A DNA stretch of 64,000 nucleotides, taken from Candidatus Aenigmatarchaeota archaeon (GTDB lineage: Archaea > Aenigmatarchaeota > Aenigmatarchaeia > QMZP01 > QMZT01). Both the position numbers and the translations under genes were made by a program. Every line of letters starts with the position of its first letter. Position 1 is the first letter of the stretch. The DNA lies in the NCBI GenBank assembly GCA_026397315.1, contig JAPLVC010000007.1:32001-96000 (forward strand), written 5' to 3'. Below, in pieces: positions 1 to 8,278 of the stretch. Under the pieces are notes generated by a model. That model saw only the letters and a program-made list of their open reading frames with translations. It was not told where the DNA came from and searched no databases.

Positions 1-360
1 TATAATGATTCTGATAAAGCGATTGCGAATCTTGTTGAGTGGATTGGGAAGAATTTGGGGACCATCGTCCCTCTGCATTTCTCGGCGTTTTACCCGCAGT
101 ATAAACTGACGAACGCGCCGGCCACGCCTGCAGCGACGCTCGAAAGAGCGGTGGCTATCGCTAGAAAAAAGGGCATGAAGTGGGTCTACGCCGGCAACGT
201 TTACGGCAACCGCCACGAATCGACGTGGTGCTGGAAGTGCGATACTCTGGTTATTAAACGCGCCGGCTTCGACGTGCTTTCGCTAGATTTCAAATGCCCG
301 AAGTGCGGGGAGCGGGTCGAGCTGAAGGGCATGAAGTGGACAAGGAGTGGCGGCGCATGA
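1..360 (+). CDS. AmmeMemoRadiSam-type radical SAM protein, C-terminal part (5' truncated by window)
   Basis: Frame open from base 1; PLHFSAFYPQYKL, YAGNV, ESTWCWKC...CPKCG C-terminal motifs typical of this family. Confidence 0.8.
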   Translation, partial: YNDSDKAIANLVEWIGKNLGTIVPLHFSAFYPQYKLTNAPATPAATLERAVAIARKKGMKWVYAGNVYGNRHESTWCWKCDTLVIKRAGFDVLSLDFKCPKCGERVELKGMKWTRSGGA

Positions 361-1139
361 AAATGTACAGGGACTGGGCCGGCATTTACGACGCGCTTTA
401 CACCGCGCAGGGCCAGAGTAAAGACTTACCTTTACTGACGAGGCTCGTGAGGGAATACGGCGGGCCGGTGCTCGAATGCGCCTGCGGGACGGGAAGGGTC
501 ATGATTCCGCTGGCTAAAGCGGGATTCAAGGTCCACGGCATAGACACGAGCAAAGAGATGCTGGCCGTGCTCGAAAAAAAACTGCGCAAGCTGCCAGGGA
601 ACGTCAGTAAACGCATAACTTTCGAACGCAAGGATATTAGAAACTTCGCCATGCAGAAGAAGTTCAGGACCTGCATAATCGCCTTCAATTCGCTTTACCA
701 CCTGCAGAACGACGCCGACATAATGAAGTTTTTCAGGCATGTCAACATGCACCTGGAAAGGAACGGCGTCTTCATAATAGACATATTCGATGCCGACCCG
801 AATTACGTGCAGGGAAGGTTCGTGCTGCAGGCCGAGGCCGTCGACGCTAAAGGCAGGGTCATGAGGAAATACGGCAAGACCGTCTTCGGCAATAACCAGG
901 TGAACGACGGCTGGTTCAGGATTGTCATAGAAGGCCGCGGCAAAAGGCGCATGATAAACAAGAAGTTCAAGCTGCGCTATCTCACGCACGACCAGGCCTG
1001 GAAGATGCTGGACGCAGCGGGATTCAAAGTGATGAAGGTATACGCGAACTACGAGTCCGAGCCCTACGACATGGGCAGGCAGAACGAGAAGATGATATTC
1101 GTGGCGAGGAAGACTGGCAAAGCCGCCAGAAAAGCTTAA
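357..1139 (+). CDS. Class I SAM-dependent methyltransferase
   Basis: VLECACGTGR motif I, GIDTSKEML; ATG at 357 overlaps upstream stop (ATGA). Confidence 0.9.
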   Translation: MKMYRDWAGIYDALYTAQGQSKDLPLLTRLVREYGGPVLECACGTGRVMIPLAKAGFKVHGIDTSKEMLAVLEKKLRKLPGNVSKRITFERKDIRNFAMQKKFRTCIIAFNSLYHLQNDADIMKFFRHVNMHLERNGVFIIDIFDADPNYVQGRFVLQAEAVDAKGRVMRKYGKTVFGNNQVNDGWFRIVIEGRGKRRMINKKFKLRYLTHDQAWKMLDAAGFKVMKVYANYESEPYDMGRQNEKMIFVARKTGKAARKA

Positions 1140-1163
1140 ATTGAACAAGCGGGATGAATTAAT

Positions 1164-1601
1164 ATGGACCCGAAAAAACGCGAAGAGGCAGTAAAGAAGC
1201 GCCTGAAGGACGGATGGATAAAGGTCGGCTTCATGATAGAAGCGATGGCCATATCGAAAGAAACGACTGAGTCCGCCCTGAAGAAGCACGTCGAGAAGAT
1301 GGAAAAAGAGAAAGACGTGATCATAAGCAGGAAGGAATTCAAGCCGACCGAAGAGATCAAAAAACCGCTGCCCAACATCGAGAAGGGATATTCGCAGGTA
1401 GTCGACGTGGAGCTTGTGGCCAAGAGCTTCGACAAGCTCATTTACATGTCCATGAACTACGGGCCTTCGGCGATAGAGATACTCGAGCCGAACAAGATAA
1501 CCATGGACTTCGGCGAGGCGCAGGGAATCCTTAACTCGATAGCGTCAGTAATGCACACCTTTGCCGCCATGAGAGGCGGGGGCCTGCTGGTCTCGACCTG
1601 A
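1164..1601 (+). CDS. Conserved archaeal hypothetical protein
   Basis: 145-aa ORF with host-like codon usage; YGPSAIEILEP motif. Confidence 0.75.
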   Translation: MDPKKREEAVKKRLKDGWIKVGFMIEAMAISKETTESALKKHVEKMEKEKDVIISRKEFKPTEEIKKPLPNIEKGYSQVVDVELVAKSFDKLIYMSMNYGPSAIEILEPNKITMDFGEAQGILNSIASVMHTFAAMRGGGLLVST

Positions 1602-1669
1602 GGCTTCTTTTAATTCTTTAGATTTATTCTTTCAGCTAACCTTGTTAAAATAAAAAAGGTGTGAAAAGC

Positions 1670-2170
1670 TTACTCTTTCTTTTTTTTGGAAGCGCGTGGC
1701 TTCTTGGCTTTCGCTTCGGCGTGTTCAGGTTTGTGCTCTTTCGCTTCCGTGTGCTCGGCCTTGTGTTCATGCTTCGCTTCCTTGTGTTCCGTTTTGTGCG
1801 CCTCGTGCTCGTGATCGGTTTTTTGCTCGTGGTGGACGTGCACCAGCTTCGCTTCCTTGTGCTTCGCCGCGCGCTCTGCCGAGAGCCTGAGCTGCTCTTC
1901 CGTGAACGGCACAATCTTCAGCCTGGCAAAAATGTCGTCTTTCTCGTAGGCTTTCATTATCTCCTCGTCGGTCGCGTTCTCGGCTATCTCGATCTTGTAG
2001 GGCGTCGCCTCGAGGTGATGGCAGTTGCACTTCCTGCGCCTGACGTGCGTCGCTGCTTTCGGGCCGGTTATAAGAAGGAATTCCTTGTCCTTCTCTTTCG
2101 CGACGACCACGCAATACTTGCCGGCTTCACGGCCGGCGACTTTCATGCATATCCTTCCTATCTCGAACAT
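1670..2170 (-). CDS. rpl14e: 50S ribosomal protein L14e with His/Glu/Lys-rich C-terminal extension
   Basis: EIGRICMKVAGREAGKYCVVV...ITGPK...VRRRKCN.HLE signature; downstream of L34e. Confidence 0.95.
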   Translation of the reverse strand: MFEIGRICMKVAGREAGKYCVVVAKEKDKEFLLITGPKAATHVRRRKCNCHHLEATPYKIEIAENATDEEIMKAYEKDDIFARLKIVPFTEEQLRLSAERAAKHKEAKLVHVHHEQKTDHEHEAHKTEHKEAKHEHKAEHTEAKEHKPEHAEAKAKKPRASKKKKE

Positions 2171-2193
2171 ATCAAAAACCTCCTAATAGTCGC

Positions 2194-2469
2194 CTATTGG
2201 ACAGACTCGTAGAGCCTTTTCCTTATTTCCCTTCTGGAGCATGACGAGCAAAGGTTGCCGCCGAACTTCCTTTCAGGGCGCTTTTCGCTTCTGGAAAGCT
2301 TCGCTGTTCCCGCATCCGTCTTCCTGGTCATGCCTGTGAGCGGATGCTTGCAGACCGCGCATTTCGCGAAGGCGTTTTTCCTGCCTTCGTGACGCAAAAC
2401 AGTCTTGCCGCCGGGTACCCTTACCTTTAGCTTTCTAAGAGACCTTGAACGCAGACTTCTTTTCACCAT
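2194..2469 (-). CDS. rpl34e: 50S ribosomal protein L34e
   Basis: RSRSLRKLKVRVPGG, CAVC, KRPERKFGGNLCSSC. Confidence 0.95.
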   Translation of the reverse strand: MVKRSLRSRSLRKLKVRVPGGKTVLRHEGRKNAFAKCAVCKHPLTGMTRKTDAGTAKLSRSEKRPERKFGGNLCSSCSRREIRKRLYESVQ

Positions 2470-2568
2470 TTTCATCAACTCCTGTAAACATCAGTCACTA
2501 GCGTATCTATTATATCATATGTATATATTTAAAAAGTTTCAGGCGCTCGCTAGGGAAACAGAAAAAGC

Positions 2569-5181
2569 TCATCCCACGTATTCCTTGCCGTTGAACTTGA
2601 CCGCGAAACCTTTGCTGGCGGTCTTCGTGTCGTACTCGATTATCACTTCTTCCATAGGCGCGAGCTCGAGGATTTCCCATGTTAGCGTTTCTGTCGACTC
2701 GTCGAACGGCTCTATCTTGGGTTTGACGTTGCAGCGTATGAAAGCGCCACGAGGGACGGAATCGCGCACGATTATGTCTTCAAGCGTCTTATTCGTTTTG
2801 TTGCGGACCTTCAGCATCACGCGCGGGCCGCTCACTGTTTTCTCGAGCTTCAGCGGGCCGCCGCCAAGCGACAGCGAGAACCGCTTTTCGCCGCCGGACT
2901 TCATCGTCACCCCGCCCGGCGAAGCGGCTGCTTTCCTGCTTTTCATTATCCTGAGAGCGGCGAAAGCTATGCCGCCGCAAGAGGCTATAAGGACTATTAT
3001 TTCCAGCAAAAGGATGAAGTCGAAAGGCTCGGGAACATTTACAGAGGAGATGTCCAGGAAATAGCCGCCCTTCCTCGCTGTGAAGTCGACGCGCCCGGCG
3101 TGCTTTATCTCTATCGCGGCCGTGCCGCTGCTGTCGGTCTCGTAATCGTCCTCTACCAGCGGGTCCGTGTCGAGGTATTTGACGAGTATCCTGACCCCGT
3201 CGACGGGCTCATAGTTCTGGTCCACGACCTTCAGGGCGAATTTCTGCCCCACCTCGAAGCTGCTTGGCAGCGCCATGGAAAGCATCCTCTCGACACATTC
3301 GTTCGCGGAAGAACAGGTCTCGTTCTCGTCGCACTGCAGGTCGCTGCAGCAGTAGCCTATGTCCATGTCGCATTTGTGGCTGCTTATCTTCTCCGGGCAT
3401 GCGCAGCTGACGGCCTTGCAAGCGTGAGTCGCTAGGTCACAGACCTGCGTGCCTGAGCAGACGCTGTCTGAGCAGCAGTCGTAATAGACGCACTGGTGGT
3501 CGGAAGCGTAGCCGCAGTTGCACTCAAGATCCTGGCACTCCCACGCAAGGCACGTCTGCTCGTCGTTGCAGTCGGCGGGCCAAACGCATTCGTAAGCGGG
3601 ATATACCGTGAAAGAAACGCTGGTCGTGTTGGTCACATTCGCAGATGACACGCAGATGAACACTACTTCCTCGCCGCCCTCCATGTCGGAAACGTTAATG
3701 TACATGGTGAACATGGTGGAGCCAACCGCCTGCATCTGGCCGGACATGCTGCCTATAGTGTAGTTGCAAGAGTTCATGTCGCTGTCGCTGTAGACGGACA
3801 ACGCTAGCGTCAGGTTGACGGTCAGGTTGTATTTCATGTAAGTCTCGTTCTTGGGGGATGCTATTGAAATGATGAACGCACTGGCGTTCGATTCGTTAGT
3901 TGGTATGGGGGTTAGCGCTAGCGCCAGCGACGAATCGCTGGTCAGGTTGAACGCCGTGTAATTCGATGCGTATCCCGTTTTGCTCACGTTGACGAAATAA
4001 GGATTGAACAGGAAAGTGCCGCTCGCGTTCTCGATTTTTTCATTGAGCACTTGAGACGTTATGTAGCCCTGTGCGTTTGTGTTGCCTGAAAACACGATTC
4101 CGGACAGGTTGCTCATGACCACGACCTGCGCGGCGTTTATGAAACTGCTCGCGTTGTCGATCGCCCGTACGCTAAGCTGCCACTTGCGGATGCCATAAGT
4201 ATATGTGGTGTTGGTTATGGTAGTGGAAACGGCGGATCTCATCCACAGGTCGTATATGCCGCTCGCGTTTACCAGATTGTTTGCGAGAAGCGTGTTCGAA
4301 GTGGTATCGATGTAAAGGCCGTAACCCGTATTGCCAAGTATCACGTTGCCGGTGACGATGCTGTTGGCGGAGTTGGCCAGCTCGAGGCCGTAGGAACCCT
4401 TGTTCGCCTCTATCCTGTTGCCTGTCAAGTTGTTGCCCACGCCGGCGATGCCGAAGCCGCCCCCGCTGTTGTTGAAGAATATGTTCGAGCTTATCACAGA
4501 ATTGTTTATGAGGAACGCCGGGAACGCAGTGGAGCTGCTGTTGGCTATGACGTTCGAGGAGAGCGTTATGCCGCTGCCGGTCATGCCGGCGATGTTGCCG
4601 CCGCTGTTCGAGACGAGCGTGTTGCCCGTTATGATGTCGTTCGAGCCCGAGACTTCGATGCCCACGTAATTGGAGGCGAACGTGCTGGCGCTCACGTTGC
4701 TGCCTGAAGCGTAAAGCAGAAGGGCGTAATAGTTGTTCGCGAATGTAACGTTGGAAATGACGGTGCCGGACGACTTGACATAGACGCCTCTCATCTTGTT
4801 GTCGCCGGAAATGAAGCCGCAGCCGCTCACGGACGAGTCGCGGATTGAGAGGGTCGCGCCCGTGTTAGATACGAACGTGTATGCATACGACGATTCGCTG
4901 CGTATGGTCGAGCCGGCTATGGAAAGCGTGCCGTTGACATCTATGCCGAACTGGCCGTTATAGTTCGAGTTAAAACTGAGAATTGAGTTTTCCAGCGTTA
5001 GGTTGCTCACACCGTTAATCAGCAGGCTGCCGTTGAGGACTATGGTCTGGGACGAGCAGACGATGTTCTCCGTAATCAGCCAATCTCCAGTCGCGGGCGG
5101 CTCGCATCCCTGGGCGGCTGCATATCCAGGCTGCGCAGCGAAAGCTATTGCAAACGCTATCGCTAAAATCCAACTCCTCAT
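2569..5181 (-). CDS. Large surface protein: signal peptide, parallel beta-helix (NosD/PbH1-like) repeats, Cys-rich repeats, TM anchor, C-terminal Ig/DUF11-like domain
   Basis: Signal peptide; Asn/Gly-rich beta-helix repeats; many NxS/T sequons; CC-x3-C repeats; TM ILLLEIIVLIASCGGIAFAAL. Confidence 0.8.
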   Translation of the reverse strand: MRSWILAIAFAIAFAAQPGYAAAQGCEPPATGDWLITENIVCSSQTIVLNGSLLINGVSNLTLENSILSFNSNYNGQFGIDVNGTLSIAGSTIRSESSYAYTFVSNTGATLSIRDSSVSGCGFISGDNKMRGVYVKSSGTVISNVTFANNYYALLLYASGSNVSASTFASNYVGIEVSGSNDIITGNTLVSNSGGNIAGMTGSGITLSSNVIANSSSTAFPAFLINNSVISSNIFFNNSGGGFGIAGVGNNLTGNRIEANKGSYGLELANSANSIVTGNVILGNTGYGLYIDTTSNTLLANNLVNASGIYDLWMRSAVSTTITNTTYTYGIRKWQLSVRAIDNASSFINAAQVVVMSNLSGIVFSGNTNAQGYITSQVLNEKIENASGTFLFNPYFVNVSKTGYASNYTAFNLTSDSSLALALTPIPTNESNASAFIISIASPKNETYMKYNLTVNLTLALSVYSDSDMNSCNYTIGSMSGQMQAVGSTMFTMYINVSDMEGGEEVVFICVSSANVTNTTSVSFTVYPAYECVWPADCNDEQTCLAWECQDLECNCGYASDHQCVYYDCCSDSVCSGTQVCDLATHACKAVSCACPEKISSHKCDMDIGYCCSDLQCDENETCSSANECVERMLSMALPSSFEVGQKFALKVVDQNYEPVDGVRILVKYLDTDPLVEDDYETDSSGTAAIEIKHAGRVDFTARKGGYFLDISSVNVPEPFDFILLLEIIVLIASCGGIAFAALRIMKSRKAAASPGGVTMKSGGEKRFSLSLGGGPLKLEKTVSGPRVMLKVRNKTNKTLEDIIVRDSVPRGAFIRCNVKPKIEPFDESTETLTWEILELAPMEEVIIEYDTKTASKGFAVKFNGKEYVG

Positions 5182-5213
5182 AAGTTAATCTTGGCCGAGC
5201 CCTCTTATATTGG

Positions 5214-6329
5214 TTAAATGAGTTCGTATAAAATCCTCGGCGCGCTCTTCAGAATGACTTTCCACACAGTCCTGTAGTCCTGCTCGCTGTCGACCAGGCC
5301 GCACATGACGTTGCCGAAAGTCCTGCTTCTCGCGGAGAGGCGTATGAATATTTCCAGTATAGTCTTGTGCGAAAGCAGGTTTCGCATCTTAATGCCCTCG
5401 CGTATGTAATGCCCGTATTCCTCGCGCCACATGCGCTCGTAGCTTGCGATATCGCCTGAAGCGATCGCTTTCGCAGCGAGCTCGGCTCCCCACATCGCAT
5501 AAGTTATGCCCGCGCCCATCATGGGGTCGACGTGCCCCGCGGCATCGCCAATCAGGAGCCAGTCCTCGCCCGATGTAGGCAACTGCAAAAATCCCTCGTC
5601 TTTCGGCATGGGCAGCATAGCCGCCCAAGTGGAAAGCACTTTCGTGTGGCTGGCGTATTTTTTCATGAATTTATCCAGCTCCGCCTTCAGGTGTTTTCCG
5701 TTTTCCAGAACGGTCCCGACACCGATGCTTATGTCCTCTTCGCGCGGGAAGAACCACGCGTAGCCTTCCATGCCTTTAAGGAACTGTATGGTCGTCATTT
5801 CTTCAGCGTGCCTCGGGCTCTTCGCGAAGACGCCAAGGCAGACGCCGAGGTGCTCTTTAGGTATCGGGCCGATGAGCTTTCGCCTCACCAAACTGTTCAC
5901 CCCGTCCGCTCCTACAAGCACTTCGGCTTCGTACGTTTTTTTGTTTGTCTTTATTTTCCAGGAATCTCCGCTCCTTTCGAAATCGACTACCCTCTCCTCA
6001 ACAAGATTCGAACCAGCGTCAATCGCTTTGTGCAGAATGAACATGTCCATGCGCTTTCTCGAAAAAGCAGACGTTTCCTCGTCTCCCGTGACCAGCGCCT
6101 CTTTTCCACCAGGAGATACTAGCTTCAACCAGTCGTCGTTGTCATCGTAATGCAGCCCGTGCAGCAAAGTAAATTTCTTCAAAGCCAGCGCCGATATCCC
6201 GCCGCCGCACGGCTTCTCGCGCGGGTGCGAGTCGTCAAAAATAGTCGCCTTTATGCCTTCGCTAGCGAGACAGTAGCCGAGATGCGCTCCCGCCGGCCCT
6301 CCGCCGACGATGGCGATGGGAATTTTCAT
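5214..6329 (-). CDS. Geranylgeranyl reductase family FAD-dependent oxidoreductase
   Basis: IVGGGPAG, KPCGGG, GADG, GYAWFFP, LIGDAAGHVDP. Confidence 0.9.
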   Translation of the reverse strand: MKIPIAIVGGGPAGAHLGYCLASEGIKATIFDDSHPREKPCGGGISALALKKFTLLHGLHYDDNDDWLKLVSPGGKEALVTGDEETSAFSRKRMDMFILHKAIDAGSNLVEERVVDFERSGDSWKIKTNKKTYEAEVLVGADGVNSLVRRKLIGPIPKEHLGVCLGVFAKSPRHAEEMTTIQFLKGMEGYAWFFPREEDISIGVGTVLENGKHLKAELDKFMKKYASHTKVLSTWAAMLPMPKDEGFLQLPTSGEDWLLIGDAAGHVDPMMGAGITYAMWGAELAAKAIASGDIASYERMWREEYGHYIREGIKMRNLLSHKTILEIFIRLSARSRTFGNVMCGLVDSEQDYRTVWKVILKSAPRILYELI

Positions 6330-6377
6330 GAAACATAATTCGATACAAAACAATAAAAGCAGTTTCTTTCCTTTCGT

Positions 6378-7148
6378 CTATTCTGCGACTGGTCTGTTAG
6401 TCCCTATCTTGCCTGCAGGCGTCGCTTTCTTCGATCGTCTTGACACGACTTTCTCCTCAGGCACTTTGCCAGCGATGTCGGGCTTCGCAACAGCAGGTTT
6501 CGTTTCTACATACTGGAAGTTCGTCGGGGGCGTCACTGGCGAAGCGTTGGATTCGACTGGCCGCTTCTCTGTCGCGAACGACGTGAGGTTCGCCGGCTTC
6601 GCTTCAGGCTTCGTCATTCTGGCGAGCGACGCTTGCTCGTTGGACTGGTCCTTCGCCTTCGCAGCCTGCAGGCCGTTGTGGAGCATCTCCTTTATCTTCT
6701 GCCTGTCGAGGCCGAAATAACGTTCGAATTCCTTGGTGACTGAAAGCTTGACCGTGCGCCCCTCTTTCTCGGCTTTCAGCAGGCCCTTCTTCCTCAGCTT
6801 CTTGATGTAAGCGTAAGCTTTGTTACCCTGTATCTCCACGACGTGGCTCTGCTTGACCGGTTCTTTATACACGACTAACGCGAGCGTTCGTTTATGGCCG
6901 TCCCTAAGGTCGGAATAAGGCGTCAGGTGGGCGACCTTCGGGAGGACTTCAGGCTTGACGCGCATCTCCCAGCCCTCCGGGTTGCGGATGACCTCGACTC
7001 CCTTGCCCTCGCTGGCGTATTCCTTGACTATCGCGTCCAGCGTCTTCTCGACGTTCCTAGGGGTGACGCCGGTCACTTTCGCTATCTCGTCGGCGCTCAT
7101 CGTCCTGGACGACATGAACAGCGCGGCCTCAATCAGCTTCCTAGACAT
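6378..7148 (-). CDS. scpB: SMC-Scp complex subunit ScpB with low-complexity C-terminal tail
   Basis: LIEAALF, TLALVVYKEPV, VTKEFERYFGL. Confidence 0.9.
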   Translation of the reverse strand: MSRKLIEAALFMSSRTMSADEIAKVTGVTPRNVEKTLDAIVKEYASEGKGVEVIRNPEGWEMRVKPEVLPKVAHLTPYSDLRDGHKRTLALVVYKEPVKQSHVVEIQGNKAYAYIKKLRKKGLLKAEKEGRTVKLSVTKEFERYFGLDRQKIKEMLHNGLQAAKAKDQSNEQASLARMTKPEAKPANLTSFATEKRPVESNASPVTPPTNFQYVETKPAVAKPDIAGKVPEEKVVSRRSKKATPAGKIGTNRPVAE

Positions 7149-7265
7149 CGCAACACCTCAAAACGCATTAATAATATCTATGGCGGCCAAATTTTAAATG
7201 CTCTGCCGTCACTTTCTCCACGCTCGACTTTGCGTAATAAATAGAAGCTCGGACAATATTCATAC

Positions 7266-7439
7266 ATGGAAACAGCCATCAAATACGTCATGATAATATT
7301 CATTCTCATCGTGGTCACTATTATCATAATAGGGCTCCTGTCCGTGTGGACGGGCCAGTCGAGCGACATGGCATCGGGCATAGTCAACTTCTTCAGCGGC
7401 GTTGGACCCGACAACCTCAAGGACGTCCTCAAGAAATAG
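7266..7439 (+). CDS. Small pilin-like membrane protein (57 aa; not in ORF track)
   Basis: METAIKYVMIIFILIVVTIIIIGLLSVWTGQSSDMASGIVNFFSG...; hydrophobic helix then amphipathic helix, host-like codons. Confidence 0.65.
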   Translation: METAIKYVMIIFILIVVTIIIIGLLSVWTGQSSDMASGIVNFFSGVGPDNLKDVLKK

Positions 7440-7621
7440 CACGCTGGATTGGATGCTGTAGTTTTTTCACAAAAGTCCCAAAACCAACCTTTATAAGCCG
7501 GCCGCCCAAAAATTCAAATATAACGGGGTTATATCTGGGATTGTGAACGTGTATTTCACTTATAAGTAGTGAAAAACGAAAGGTTTATAAACCCAAAATC
7601 CAAGTATATTCAGGTGTTTGT

Positions 7622-8275
7622 ATGACGAATGGGCACGCAACAATATTGCATCCAGGACAGGTTCGAAACCTGCCTGACCAGAAGCAGTTATTTGAAGAGC
7701 CTGTAAGTTTTATGAAAAAGCACTGGAAAGGCTTTGCAACTGGCGGGATACTGGCAGCCGGCGGCACGGTGCTTCTCTTGTCAGGCGCGCTCAAAAATGA
7801 CGATCACAAGCCCGGTTATGTGCCGGTAGGCGACACGACAAGCCACAACCAAGTCATGGACAATCCCAATCAATACAGGGACGAGGCGCTTGCGAAAACC
7901 GGTCTAGGGAAGAATGCTGTTTACCTGGGAAATAAACAGAATAATAGTTATGGAGCAAATGATTTTGACCAATGGATTAACCCGAACGACTACAAGGGAA
8001 GCGATAAACTTGTGAACAGGGTTGTAGATGACATAAATGAGACAAACAAACTATATGCCGAAAAATCTCACGGGAAATGGATAGACGAGCCTTTCATGGT
8101 GTCTGAAAAGAAAAAACTTACAGATGAAGAAATATCAGCAACCCATATTCGTGGTATGAGACAAGTCCCAGGGTTTAAAAACATGTATAAAGTTATCATT
8201 GCCAACGCTAAAGGTCGTACTTATGAATGGTTAATAACTGAATTCGAAAATGGTAAATTAATGTCCCGCTACTGA
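7622..8275 (+). CDS. Hypothetical membrane-anchored protein
   Basis: 217-aa ORF, SD-like AGGTG, one hydrophobic segment (GFATGGILAAGGTVLLL). Confidence 0.7.
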   Translation: MTNGHATILHPGQVRNLPDQKQLFEEPVSFMKKHWKGFATGGILAAGGTVLLLSGALKNDDHKPGYVPVGDTTSHNQVMDNPNQYRDEALAKTGLGKNAVYLGNKQNNSYGANDFDQWINPNDYKGSDKLVNRVVDDINETNKLYAEKSHGKWIDEPFMVSEKKKLTDEEISATHIRGMRQVPGFKNMYKVIIANAKGRTYEWLITEFENGKLMSRY

Positions 8276-8278
8276 TTT

